Source: Bacteroidota bacterium (GTDB lineage: Bacteria; Bacteroidota; Ignavibacteria; Kapaibacteriales; Kapaibacteriaceae). From it: a stretch of 64,000 nt of DNA. Every line of letters begins with the position of its first letter. Position 1 is the stretch's first letter. Of the stretch, positions 10,491 through 20,439 are shown piece by piece. The notes beneath the pieces are model-generated. The model made no database searches, had not been told where the DNA came from, and worked only from the letters and a program-made list of their open reading frames with translations. The stretch is from NCBI GenBank assembly GCA_039795225.1, contig JBDKEN010000001.1, forward strand, positions 21,610 through 85,609, in the 5' to 3' direction. The position numbers were made by a program, and so were the translations under genes.

Positions 10491-13400
10491 CCCCTTTACC
10501 ACAAACTCTCTTGGACATGCACGTCATGTCCTCTCGCTTTGTCTCCATGCCGCAACTGGGAAGGGGGCTTCGCGAACAACGATCGAGGAGTTTACGAGTG
10601 TTGAAGGAACATTCCGTGTCTTGAAGGACGCCGAGACGCAGCGGACGCTTGCCGTCGTGGACGCGATTCCACCATCAGAGAGCCCCTTCGATGATGTCCC
10701 CCGCGACAAGCTGCGCTCCATTGCCACGCGTGTCCAGGCCCCGTATGTTATTCTGACGAATCTCCGCCGCGTTGTTACCTACCGCACGGAAGGTGTTCTC
10801 AAGCGTCTACCCGACGAACAGCATACGGTGGGATGGCACAATGCGTCGGATGTGCGATCTGTTGAGGATGCTGACTCCTCGGGCATGCAGGTGGGGATTA
10901 TCGCAGCGCTGCGTCAAGCTATTCAATGGCTTGACATTGACGCATCACTGCGTCCAGAACAACGCGTCATTGATGCATCAGCATTCTTCTCGGAACGTGT
11001 ACTTTCGATGTTTGATGATCTGGTCTCATGCTGTGAGAGCGGTGTGCAGCAGCGTGACGCCACGCTGCGCCTCGGAACGAGTATCCTGGCCTATGTGCTC
11101 ATGCATGTGCGTGATCGAAGCAACCTCGATCGGTTGTCACTCCCCTACGGCCTTGGCAGTGCTCGACTGATGACGGATCTAGTTGGTGCGTACTTCCGTC
11201 AAGCACGTCGGCTCGGACACACGATGCTTCCGGAATCGGTCGAAGATGTGCAGATCCTGCCGCACCGCGAGGGTGTGTTCCGCATGACGCTATCGGATCT
11301 GATCAACTTCTTGCATCGGTTTGATCCTGAACGTCTGAGTGATAATGACCTGCATCGCGCCGTTGATGCTGTCCTGCAGCGATGCTCGCGCATCGCACGC
11401 GCATCGGTGCCGACCATCGATGCGTTGGACCTTGCCTTGCGGATGGTTGCGCGCACGCGCGAACTGCGTGATGTCGCCGATCACGATCGTCATCGACTAC
11501 TGGAGATCGGGCAGACGCAGGGCCTTGCCAGCGTCCGCCACCTGCTGATGTCGGGTGGTGTTCCCTGTGAGGCACGAGTCTATGCACGCACGGCCGAGGA
11601 CGAGCGCGCCATCGTGCTTCGGTCATCAGGCCGCATTGGCTTTGATGCCGACGTGCAGATTCTTCGCGAAACGCGCGCCGTTCGAAGTCCATGGGATATG
11701 GTCGTCGCAACAACTACAGATGTACGGGAACGCCACCGTCTGCGCCTGCTGCTTGAGCGTCTCCCGCTCGACCCTGATGGTGTTGTCGTGCTCTTCCTAC
11801 CGATCTCGGCGCTGCATGACGAGCGCTATGCACTGGTGCGACAAACACTCATGGCACGCTTTAGTATCGAGTGGCTCGTTGTCAGCGATGCCGAAGCTCT
11901 GGCAGAGCCAGACACGGGAGTGTGCTTCATTGTCGCACGGGTGGCATCAGAAGATGACGTTGATCATCCCGCCCGATGCGTCTACCTACGTCGTCCCATT
12001 GCCGCATTCTTCCCTTCATCACGTGCCTCGCGTGATCTTGAGCAGGATCGTCTGCGAGCGCTGGACACCTTCGTGAAGTATCTCGATGCCTCTCGCCATG
12101 GGAAGCTGAACGACGAAGCCGTTGTGCGGATGGTACCGCAGGACCATCTGCGTCGCGACCCTGTGTGGGAGGACTTTCTCGTGCCGCCCGATGTGCTGAG
12201 CTCGATCCTTACCAAAACCCTCCCCCACATTCGGCCGCTACGCTCCATCGCTGACGTGTCAGGGGGCATGCGCACGGGCGCCTTTGATGTATTTGCTCCG
12301 GATACACAGACGATTGCCTCGGACGATCTCGAAAACACCTTCTGGCAGCGGATTGCTGATGATGGAAGCGTCATCGACAACTACGTTCTCACGACGAGTG
12401 ATGACATCGACTCCATGAGTGGTCTGCCTCGCACGGATCGGCGACTATTGCTGATCCCCAAAGATCGTTCGCAGATCTCTGGTACGAATGTGCTCACACG
12501 CATTGAGAAGGCAGAACGTGAAGGCGTACACCTGCGCGCATCGATGCGGCATGCCACAGAGTGGTGGCACCTACAGCCCCCTCAGCCGCCGCATCTCGTT
12601 ATTCCGAAACAACAGGATCGACGCTGGGTTGTTGCCGTGAACAGCCTACGTGCATACGTCAGCGATGCATTCGTCTGCATCACGCTGCGCCAGCCGGCCG
12701 ATGCCGAGCGTATCGGGTTGTGGATGAATTCCACCATTGGCGTATTCCTCAGCGAGTTGCTCCGTCAGGATCTGCATGTGCAGAACATCACGGTGCGTGA
12801 TGCACAAGAATTCCCGATTGCCGATGATGCTCTGTTGTCAAAGCTTGATCCGGCGCATTTTACGGGGCTCGCACGACGTCGCGTGAGCACCCTCGATGAT
12901 GAGTTTGGTGCCGTCTCCTATGATAGCATCAGGCCAGAGACCATTCTGCGCGATCGTCGCAAACTTGATGCGGCGATCATGACCGATCTGCTGGGCCTAA
13001 CTGAAGAAGAACAGCGCTGGGTGTACCGATTCGCCTATGCGTGGTGGTCACGGACGTCGAACGTTCGGCACATCGCCAACGCCATTGTGTATGATCTGGA
13101 ACATCGGCAGAAGGTAAAGCCACTACGTGCCTGGTATTGGCCACGCATTAATCAGCTCCCACTTGGTGCCCGTCGCGAGATTATTCTCGATTCCCCTGCA
13201 GAGTCAACGGAGGTGACGCCAACAATGTTTGGATGGCAGGTGCGGATCTCGCACACCCATGATGACCTTGTGCTTGAGGCTAGCACTGGGGAAGAGGCGG
13301 AGATCATTGGCCTCTTTGTCCGCCTTGGTGCCGTATCGATGGAGATCCCAATCGACACTATTCTCATTGCGGGTCTGCTTCCGCAACTGCGAGACTTTGT

Positions 13401-13503
13401 CATGGCGGTTGAGGCGTTGCTCGAGCAGAGCCTGTCGGCATTCCCTGACGATATGCGTCGATCAATCCGACACGCCGTCGCATCCACCTTGTGCATGCGA
13501 TAA
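10483..13503 (+). CDS. Divergent type IIG / PglX-like DNA methylase-fold protein with N-terminal restriction-type domain and C-terminal TaqI-like specificity region; catalytic NPPY apparently lost
   Basis: 1006 aa; N-terminal nuclease-like VQAPYVILTNLRRVVTYRTEG; SPWDMVVATTTD where MTases have (D)xxVxNPPY, then GVVVLFLPISALHDERYALVRQTLMARFSIEWLVV; C-terminal VVAVNSLRAYVSDAFVCITLR...LWMNSTIGVFLSELL. Confidence 0.5.
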   Translation: MASPFTTNSLGHARHVLSLCLHAATGKGASRTTIEEFTSVEGTFRVLKDAETQRTLAVVDAIPPSESPFDDVPRDKLRSIATRVQAPYVILTNLRRVVTYRTEGVLKRLPDEQHTVGWHNASDVRSVEDADSSGMQVGIIAALRQAIQWLDIDASLRPEQRVIDASAFFSERVLSMFDDLVSCCESGVQQRDATLRLGTSILAYVLMHVRDRSNLDRLSLPYGLGSARLMTDLVGAYFRQARRLGHTMLPESVEDVQILPHREGVFRMTLSDLINFLHRFDPERLSDNDLHRAVDAVLQRCSRIARASVPTIDALDLALRMVARTRELRDVADHDRHRLLEIGQTQGLASVRHLLMSGGVPCEARVYARTAEDERAIVLRSSGRIGFDADVQILRETRAVRSPWDMVVATTTDVRERHRLRLLLERLPLDPDGVVVLFLPISALHDERYALVRQTLMARFSIEWLVVSDAEALAEPDTGVCFIVARVASEDDVDHPARCVYLRRPIAAFFPSSRASRDLEQDRLRALDTFVKYLDASRHGKLNDEAVVRMVPQDHLRRDPVWEDFLVPPDVLSSILTKTLPHIRPLRSIADVSGGMRTGAFDVFAPDTQTIASDDLENTFWQRIADDGSVIDNYVLTTSDDIDSMSGLPRTDRRLLLIPKDRSQISGTNVLTRIEKAEREGVHLRASMRHATEWWHLQPPQPPHLVIPKQQDRRWVVAVNSLRAYVSDAFVCITLRQPADAERIGLWMNSTIGVFLSELLRQDLHVQNITVRDAQEFPIADDALLSKLDPAHFTGLARRRVSTLDDEFGAVSYDSIRPETILRDRRKLDAAIMTDLLGLTEEEQRWVYRFAYAWWSRTSNVRHIANAIVYDLEHRQKVKPLRAWYWPRINQLPLGARREIILDSPAESTEVTPTMFGWQVRISHTHDDLVLEASTGEEAEIIGLFVRLGAVSMEIPIDTILIAGLLPQLRDFVMAVEALLEQSLSAFPDDMRRSIRHAVASTLCMR

Positions 13504-13569
13504 TGTCACGATGATGATCGGTAACTGCTCGTAGGGGGCACGTAGTTCCACCCCCTGCCAGGCGTCACG

Positions 13570-14586
13570 ATGCTTTCGGTTCGCGATGTTATTGCCCTGC
13601 GATTTGTTCCACGTCTACCCAACGATGAGCTTCGGCGACTCGCCACGGAGTGCACGTCCTTAGATGATGCTCTGGTGCGTCTTGGGCATCATCAGCTGGA
13701 TCTGGTTGAGCTCGCAGAGCGACAGCTCCAACGTTGCCGCGAACTTGACGTTTCGATTCTTCCCTGGACGGATGAGCGCTATCCTCCACGCCTGCGTGAT
13801 GCCATATCGCCCCCTGCCGTAATCTTCGTTCGCGGAATTCTTCCTGCACCTTCTCTTCCCAGCATCGGCGTTGTCGGGACGCGATCTTGCACCATGCATT
13901 ATGGGAAACCTGTGACGGAATCGCTCGTGGAAACGTGGGTGGCACGAAGAGCTGTAATCATCAGCGGTCTTGCCCACGGCATTGATACGATTGCCCACCA
14001 GACAACTGTCCAACGCCATGGTAGTACCATCGCTGTGATTGCCAGTGGAATCGATCGAATAACACCAATCGTTGCACAGCAACTGGCCGACCGAATTGTT
14101 GCTGCTGGTGGCTGCATTCTCAGTGAGCACCCGTGTGGTGTTGCTGCCCTGCCGCCGGCATTTCCAGCACGCAATCGCATCATTGCCGGTCTGAGCGACG
14201 CCGTTGTGGTTGTCGAGAGCAAGCACCGAGGGGGCGCACTGATTACGGCCGAGTTTGCGCGCCAAAAGCAGCGACCAGTCTACGCCGTGCCCGGGCCGAT
14301 TACGTCGGTACGCAGTCAGGGGTGTCATGCGCTTATTGCTTCTCATTCTGCCAGAGTGCTTACCTGCGCCGATGATGTTGTGGAGGTGCCGAAGCTGGCT
14401 GCAGAATTGACGCTATCGCATGAAGCCGTGCTCGGGTTTGAAAGTGGAACGCCGCAGCACCTCGATGATCTAGCCATGGCGTGGTCATGCTCGGCCTCCG
14501 ATGCCCTTCGTCGCGTATTGGACCTCGAGCTGGAGGGTCGCATCACCCGTCTGCCAGGAAACCGATTTCTTGCACGCATCGCTTGA
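13570..14586 (+). CDS. dprA: DNA processing protein DprA
   Basis: GVVGTRSCTMHYGKPVTE, VIISGLAHGIDTIAHQTT, SEHPCGVAALPPAFPARNRIIAGLSDAVVVVESKHRGGALITAEFA. Confidence 0.95.
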   Translation: MLSVRDVIALRFVPRLPNDELRRLATECTSLDDALVRLGHHQLDLVELAERQLQRCRELDVSILPWTDERYPPRLRDAISPPAVIFVRGILPAPSLPSIGVVGTRSCTMHYGKPVTESLVETWVARRAVIISGLAHGIDTIAHQTTVQRHGSTIAVIASGIDRITPIVAQQLADRIVAAGGCILSEHPCGVAALPPAFPARNRIIAGLSDAVVVVESKHRGGALITAEFARQKQRPVYAVPGPITSVRSQGCHALIASHSARVLTCADDVVEVPKLAAELTLSHEAVLGFESGTPQHLDDLAMAWSCSASDALRRVLDLELEGRITRLPGNRFLARIA

Positions 14587-14589
14587 CCG

Positions 14590-14597
14590 TAACTTGA
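14590..14597 (+). promoter_or_regulatory. Putative -7/-10 element TAACTTGA, 12 nt from fni ATG
   Basis: TAACTTGA-CGGC-ATG. Confidence 0.45.
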
Positions 14598-14601
14598 CGG
14601 C

Positions 14602-15627
14602 ATGTCGATTCCCTCCCGCAAAGAAGATCACGTCAATCTGGCCCTGTCAGGCACAGCAGGATTCCGCGCGAAGACCACGGGGCTGGATGCATTTACCTTC
14701 GAGTACAATGCGCTTCCCGAGATCAACTATGCCGATATCACCACGGCGACGGAGTTTCTGGGACATCAACTTCGCCTTCCACTTCTTGTGACAGGAATGA
14801 CAGGGGGCTATCCGGATGCAGAGCGGATCAATCGTGATCTGGCCGAGGCATGCTCCGTATTGGGAATTGCCATGGGTGTCGGATCCATGCGAGCAGCACT
14901 TGAGGACGCACGTCATGAGGCATCCTATAGCTGCGTACGCCCCTTTGCCTCTACTGTACCAATGATTGCCAACATCGGCGCTGTGCAAGCCACACGCTGG
15001 CGTCGTGACGGCACGCTCCTTACGATGGTTGATCGGGCCATTGCAATGATCGGTGCATCGGCTCTTGCCGTGCATCTGAATCCGCTGCAGGAGCTGACGC
15101 AACCTGAGGGCGAGCCTGAGTTTCGTGGCGTCCTTGAGAGTATTGAGCTGTTGGTCCGACGCAGCCCCGTGCCGATCATTGTCAAAGAAGTTGGAGCTGG
15201 CGTATCTCGAAATGTTGTCGAGCGCCTCCGCTCCGTTGGCGTCGAGATCATCGACGTGGCCGGTGCTGGTGGAACATCCTGGTCGGGCATCGAAATCATG
15301 CGTCATCCCAACCCGTCGCAGGTGGATCACCTTTGGGATGTCGGCATTCCGACTGCGGAGTGTCTGCTTGCCAATGCGGACCATGTCCCCGTCCTTATTG
15401 CCTCGGGAGGCATTGCAAATGGGACGCATGTTGCCGTGAGTATTGGACTTGGGGCAAAAATTGTCGGAGCTGCTCGACCACTATTACAGGCCCACCACGA
15501 TGGAGGTGTCGAAGGAATCTTGCATCTTGTCCGTGTTTGGGAAACTACTTTACGTCAATGGATGTTCTTGACCGGGAGCGTTAACCTTTCCGACCTACGA
15601 TCTGCACACATCTACCGCATTCATTAG
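14602..15627 (+). CDS. fni: Type 2 isopentenyl-diphosphate delta-isomerase
   Basis: RKEDHVNLAL, MTGGYPDAERINRDLAEAC, VDVAGAGGTSW..., ASGGIANGTHVAVSIGLGAKIVGAARP. Confidence 0.95.
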   Translation: MSIPSRKEDHVNLALSGTAGFRAKTTGLDAFTFEYNALPEINYADITTATEFLGHQLRLPLLVTGMTGGYPDAERINRDLAEACSVLGIAMGVGSMRAALEDARHEASYSCVRPFASTVPMIANIGAVQATRWRRDGTLLTMVDRAIAMIGASALAVHLNPLQELTQPEGEPEFRGVLESIELLVRRSPVPIIVKEVGAGVSRNVVERLRSVGVEIIDVAGAGGTSWSGIEIMRHPNPSQVDHLWDVGIPTAECLLANADHVPVLIASGGIANGTHVAVSIGLGAKIVGAARPLLQAHHDGGVEGILHLVRVWETTLRQWMFLTGSVNLSDLRSAHIYRIH

Positions 15628-15639
15628 CAACGGGATCCC

Positions 15640-16653
15640 ATGATCAATGTTTCTGCACCCATTGACCGTATAGCTCCGTTCCGACACCACATCGAGGCTG
15701 CTCTGCAGGATGCTCTTCAGGAGTTCCGCGAGCCGGCATGTCTATACGACCCGGTGCACTACTTGTTCGAGGCAGGGGGCAAACGTGTCCGCCCTGTCCT
15801 GACGATGCTCGCCTGTGAAGCCGTCGGTGGTAATGCCGACCATGCCGTGCATGCTGCGATTGCCGTTGAGATGCTCCACAACTTCACATTGGTCCATGAT
15901 GACATCATGGACAGCTCGGCCAAACGTCGCGGTCGTGATACCGTGCACACCAAGTGGAATACCAACACCGCGATCCTTGCTGGTGACGTCATGATGGGCA
16001 TTGCCATGCGCCTGCTCTTGCGCAGTGCAGCACATGCCGACCGCCCACTTGATGTGGTGGATGCATTTTCGACGGGACTTATCGATGTGTGCGATGGTCA
16101 GGCACTCGATATGGAGTTCATGATGCGCGATGACGTGCGAGCCGACGAGTACTTCATGATGATCGAACGGAAAACAGCGCGGCTTCTGGAAATGTCGGTT
16201 GCCATCGGTGCAAGCATCGGCAATGCAACGGTCGATCAACGCGAAGCACTCCAGACATTTGCTCGTGAGATCGGCATTGCGTTTCAGATGCAGGATGACA
16301 TCCTTGATGCCTTCGGCTCTGAGTCGTTTGGCAAGGTTCGCGGCGGCGACATCATGGAAGGCAAGCGCACGTGGCTGATGATTGAGACATGTGCACGCGT
16401 CGAACAGCATGCGACGGCCTCGGAAGACCATCGACAGCTTATCGCGGCGTTTCGTCGTGGGGAGCCCCTTACCCAGGATCATGTGCCACAGGTAATTGCC
16501 ATCATGGAGCAGTATGGTGTGCATGAGGACGCGCGCAGCGTTGTCCAGCAACGGACGATGAGTGCCTATGCAGCATTGCATCGTCTTGCGCCATCAGATG
16601 CACGGGACTCGCTTGAGTCGATGGCGCAGTCACTGATGGGGCGTACCCAGTAA
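15640..16653 (+). CDS. Polyprenyl synthetase family protein
   Basis: LVHDDIMDSSAKRRG first Asp-rich motif; AFQMQDDILDAFG second motif. Confidence 0.93.
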   Translation: MINVSAPIDRIAPFRHHIEAALQDALQEFREPACLYDPVHYLFEAGGKRVRPVLTMLACEAVGGNADHAVHAAIAVEMLHNFTLVHDDIMDSSAKRRGRDTVHTKWNTNTAILAGDVMMGIAMRLLLRSAAHADRPLDVVDAFSTGLIDVCDGQALDMEFMMRDDVRADEYFMMIERKTARLLEMSVAIGASIGNATVDQREALQTFAREIGIAFQMQDDILDAFGSESFGKVRGGDIMEGKRTWLMIETCARVEQHATASEDHRQLIAAFRRGEPLTQDHVPQVIAIMEQYGVHEDARSVVQQRTMSAYAALHRLAPSDARDSLESMAQSLMGRTQ

Positions 16654-16668
16654 GCGTCTTCATTGGCG

Positions 16669-16676
16669 TATTTTCG
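16669..16676 (+). promoter_or_regulatory. Putative -7/-10 element TATTTTCG, 12 nt from murD ATG
   Basis: TATTTTCG-CCCC-ATG. Confidence 0.6.
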
Positions 16677-16680
16677 CCCC

Positions 16681-18009
16681 ATGCGTATTTCTGTTATTGG
16701 CGCAGCCCTGAGCGGGGTTGCAGCCGCCGAGCTTGCTCAACGTCAGGGGCATTCAGTCCTCGTCAGTGAATCCCGTCCGGAATCTGCGATCGCCGAAAAC
16801 GCCGCACGACTGCGGGATTCGGGGATCACGCTAGAAGCTGGTGGACACACCGACGCGGTGTATGAGAGTGATTTGATCATTGTCTCTCCGGGCGTTCCAC
16901 CGAGTCATCCCATCCGACTCGAAGCACCACGCCGCGGCATTGAGCTCATTGGTGAGTTGGAATACGCGAGCCGGTTTCTCTCCAACCCCATCGTTGCGAT
17001 TACGGGAACCAATGGCAAGACAACGACAACGGCACTGACGGCGTACATTCTTCAGCAGAGCGGACGCTCAGCTGTGGCCGCAGGCAACATCGGAACGCCC
17101 CTGTCAGCATTGGTCGGCTCAGTCTCTTCCGATACCATCATTGTTGCCGAGTGCAGCTCCTATCAGCTCGATACGATCGTGACCTTTCGTCCGAAGGTGA
17201 GCATGATCCTCAACATTACGCCGGATCACCTCTCGTATCATGGGACGTTTTCCCAATACGTTGAATCAAAGTGGAAAATTGCTTCGAACCAACAGGAGGA
17301 TGACGTTGTAATTTTGAATGCCGATGATCCTGCAGTTGCACCTGCAGCGTCGGTAGTCCGAAGTTCAGTGCGCTACTTCAGCACCACACGTGAGGTTGAT
17401 GGAGCATTCATCCGGGGGGGTGAAATTGTACTTCGGGATCTGCAGCATACTGAGGAGATCCTTATGTCCTTGAGACGTCTTGGGCTTCCGGGAGTTCACA
17501 ACGCAGCGAACTCCATGGCAGCCACGATGGCGGCACGTGCCTTTGAGGTGCGTAATGAGAATATCCGCGACTCGCTGATGTCCTTCAGCGGTGTGGAGCA
17601 CCGGCTCGAACCTGTTCGTACGGTCAAAGGTGCTCGGTTCGTGAACGATTCGAAGGCGACAAACGTTAACGCCACATGGTATGCGCTGTCAAGCTATGAC
17701 AGACCGATCGTGTGGATCGCCGGAGGACGCGGAGACAGCAACAACTATGCTGAACTCGACGAACTCGTGGCAGCGAACGTGAAGTCGATCGTTTGCATCG
17801 GCGAAGAGGCGGATGCCATTTTCAACCATTGGTGCACGACCAAGCGTTGCGTCAAGGCCGATACACTGGAAGACGCTCTCCGTATCGCTCAAGACATGGC
17901 GCTTGCCGAAGAGGTCGTGCTCTTCTCGCCTGCTTGCAAATCGTTTGACATGTTCGCCAACTATGAAGAGCGCGGACGGGCATTCAAGCGGATCGTAGCA
18001 GCCCTCTAA
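16681..18009 (+). CDS. murD: UDP-N-acetylmuramoylalanine--D-glutamate ligase
   Basis: ITGTNGKTTTTALTAYIL, SSYQLDTIVTFRPKVSMILNITPDHL, DSKATNVNATWYALSSYDRPIVWIAGGRG. Confidence 0.95.
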   Translation: MRISVIGAALSGVAAAELAQRQGHSVLVSESRPESAIAENAARLRDSGITLEAGGHTDAVYESDLIIVSPGVPPSHPIRLEAPRRGIELIGELEYASRFLSNPIVAITGTNGKTTTTALTAYILQQSGRSAVAAGNIGTPLSALVGSVSSDTIIVAECSSYQLDTIVTFRPKVSMILNITPDHLSYHGTFSQYVESKWKIASNQQEDDVVILNADDPAVAPAASVVRSSVRYFSTTREVDGAFIRGGEIVLRDLQHTEEILMSLRRLGLPGVHNAANSMAATMAARAFEVRNENIRDSLMSFSGVEHRLEPVRTVKGARFVNDSKATNVNATWYALSSYDRPIVWIAGGRGDSNNYAELDELVAANVKSIVCIGEEADAIFNHWCTTKRCVKADTLEDALRIAQDMALAEEVVLFSPACKSFDMFANYEERGRAFKRIVAAL

Positions 18010-18016
18010 CTTCTGC

Positions 18017-18934
18017 ATGGCACAACCTGCAATTGAGATCCGCGACCTCTACAAGCGGTACGGGGCCTTTACCGCTGTCAACGGACTTCATCTGACCGTT
18101 GAGCAGGGCGATGTGTACGGTTTTCTCGGACCGAACGGTGCGGGAAAGAGTACGACCATCCGAATGATGATGTCGCTCATCGCCCCTTCCTCTGGATCTA
18201 TCCGCATCTTTGGATTAGATCTCAAGGCCGATCGGTCGTCAATCTTGCGTCGCATTGGCGCGATTGTTGAACGTCCTGATTTTTACAATTACCTCTCCGC
18301 CCGACGTAACCTCGAGCTTCTGGGTCGACTCAGCGGCACGGACGTTTCAAAGGCCGCAACCGACCGCGTGCTGGGAATGGTTGGCCTGGGTGCCCGTGCC
18401 GAAAGCAAGGTCAAGACCTTCTCCCATGGCATGAAGCAGCGTCTCGGTATCGCTCAGGCTCTGCTGCACTCGCCGGACCTGATCGTGCTTGATGAACCGA
18501 CCACGGGTCTTGACCCGCATGGAATGGTGGACATGCGCGATCTCATCCTTGAGCTAGCAGCCGATCACAAGAAGACGATCTTCCTCTCCTCGCACATCCT
18601 ACCCGAGGTTGAGCTCACGGCCAATCGCATGGTTATCATCAACCGCGGTCAGGCGATCATCGAAGGGGCTGTCCAGGATCTGCTCAATGCCGGACGTCTC
18701 AAGGTGACCATCGAGACACCCGATGCGCAGCGTGCCCTTGAACTGGTGCGTGCCACGCCCCTTGGTTCGCACGTTCACTCGTCCACGGAGACCACCCTCA
18801 TCCTTATGCTCGAGCGTGGTGAGATCTCTGATGTTGTCTCCATGCTGTCCAATGCCGGCATTGCCTTGCTGGCCGTTACTCCGGTGCGCTCGCTGGAAGA
18901 TTACTTCATCTCGCTCACCAGGGAGGGCGCATGA
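18017..18934 (+). CDS. ABC transporter ATP-binding protein
   Basis: FLGPNGAGKSTTIRMMMSL, SHGMKQRLGIAQALLHSPDLIVLDEPTTGLDPHG. Confidence 0.95.
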   Translation: MAQPAIEIRDLYKRYGAFTAVNGLHLTVEQGDVYGFLGPNGAGKSTTIRMMMSLIAPSSGSIRIFGLDLKADRSSILRRIGAIVERPDFYNYLSARRNLELLGRLSGTDVSKAATDRVLGMVGLGARAESKVKTFSHGMKQRLGIAQALLHSPDLIVLDEPTTGLDPHGMVDMRDLILELAADHKKTIFLSSHILPEVELTANRMVIINRGQAIIEGAVQDLLNAGRLKVTIETPDAQRALELVRATPLGSHVHSSTETTLILMLERGEISDVVSMLSNAGIALLAVTPVRSLEDYFISLTREGA

Positions 18935-19770
18935 TCCTGACCGCCTATCGCGTCGAAATGTCCAAGGTCTTCTCAAAGTGGCGGACCTTTATTGGCTTTC
19001 TTGCCCTGGCCGTGCTAATCCCAATCGTTGTAGCCGGGATGAGCATGCAGGGAGAGCAGTTCTTCAAGTTTGCCACCTCCGGACTCAAAGACACGTTCGA
19101 GTTCACGGGACATCTACTCAACGGCTATGCCGTTGCCTACATCATCTTCTCCTCGCTCTACCTGCACGTGCCATTCCTGATCACCCTTGTGGCTGGGGAG
19201 GTGCTTGCCGGTGAGGCTACTGCCGGCACCTATCGTTTGGTTCTGACGCGCCCCCTTTCGAGGGCCACAATGGTCAACGCCAAGTACTTTGCCACGCTCA
19301 CCTACACCTTTCTGCTCGTCGTCTGCATGGCCGTGCTCTCACTCGGCCTTGGCATAGGATTCCTCGGCACCGGCGAGGTCTTCATCATCCGTCAGCAGAT
19401 CACCGTTCTGCAGGCCGACGACCTTCTGTGGCGCTTTGCCTACGCCTACGCGTGGGCGTTTCTGGCGATGGCCACTGTATCGAGCGTTGCCTTTTTGTGT
19501 TCGTCACTGGTTGAGAATGCTATCGGACCGATTATGACGACGATGTCGATCATCATCGTGATGACGATCATTTCGGCCATCGACGTGCCCCTGTTCGACT
19601 ATGTACGCCCACTGTTCTTTACCAATCACATGAACAGCTGGAAGTTCTTCTTTGATGACCCGGTACGTTGGGATCGCATTGGCCCATCGTTCTTGGCGCT
19701 GATGCTCCACATCATCGGCTGCTTTGTTGCAGCGCATATCATCATCCGTCGAAAGGACATCCTGACGTGA
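18931..19770 (+). CDS. ABC-2 type transporter permease
   Basis: Overlaps ATPase gene (ATGA); multiple hydrophobic segments; ATAGTYRLVLTRPLSRATMVNAKYFA. Confidence 0.85.
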   Translation: MILTAYRVEMSKVFSKWRTFIGFLALAVLIPIVVAGMSMQGEQFFKFATSGLKDTFEFTGHLLNGYAVAYIIFSSLYLHVPFLITLVAGEVLAGEATAGTYRLVLTRPLSRATMVNAKYFATLTYTFLLVVCMAVLSLGLGIGFLGTGEVFIIRQQITVLQADDLLWRFAYAYAWAFLAMATVSSVAFLCSSLVENAIGPIMTTMSIIIVMTIISAIDVPLFDYVRPLFFTNHMNSWKFFFDDPVRWDRIGPSFLALMLHIIGCFVAAHIIIRRKDILT

Positions 19771-20438
19771 TCCGCCCCCTGATAGCTCTCGTTCTCGTCT
19801 TCACAGCCCTCCTCGAACCGGTCCTTGCTGCCACAGATGCCAAAGCCCTGCTGATGTCCATCCGCAAACGCATGGAGTCGAGTGGAAAGTATACAGCCGA
19901 GCTGCGTCTCAAGGTCGACATCCCGTTCATGAAGGCCCCCGAGGCAAAGGCGTCGCTAACATTCACGCCTCCAAACTCGACGAAGATCACCTCCAAGGGC
20001 TTTGCAATGATTCCAAAGCAAAGCACGGAACTCAGCGCTCTGTCTTTGCTTTCGGGCGAGTTCGCTGCCATCGATATGGGCACTGAATCATATAAGGGGC
20101 TCACCCTGCGCAAGATCAAGATCATCCCGGCCGATGAAACGGGTAACATCGTGGTCGCTACGCTGTTCGTTGACGAAGCAGCCCTGCTCACACGCAAGGT
20201 CACAGCAACGGCGAAGTCCGGCGGTACAGTGGCTGCCGAACTGGTCTATGATAACGCCAAAGCCGCTGCGTACTGCCTTCCGTCGTACATGAAGATCACC
20301 ATGGAAGTGCCCAACTTCGAGATCCCACGCACCATCACCGGCGATTTTAACGAGTCGGCCCAACCCAAAAAACCGGCAGATCCCAATGGCAAAACAAAGG
20401 CCAGTGTGGAGATCTGGTATGAGAAGTACCGGTTCTAG
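19767..20438 (+). CDS. Outer-membrane lipoprotein-sorting / LolA-like protein
   Basis: GTG start overlapping the permease stop; signal peptide VIRPLIALVLVFTALLEPVLAA; LMSIRKRMESSGKYTAELRLKVDIP...PKASLTFTPPNSTKITSKGF. Confidence 0.6.
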   Translation: MIRPLIALVLVFTALLEPVLAATDAKALLMSIRKRMESSGKYTAELRLKVDIPFMKAPEAKASLTFTPPNSTKITSKGFAMIPKQSTELSALSLLSGEFAAIDMGTESYKGLTLRKIKIIPADETGNIVVATLFVDEAALLTRKVTATAKSGGTVAAELVYDNAKAAAYCLPSYMKITMEVPNFEIPRTITGDFNESAQPKKPADPNGKTKASVEIWYEKYRF

Positions 20439-20439
20439 G

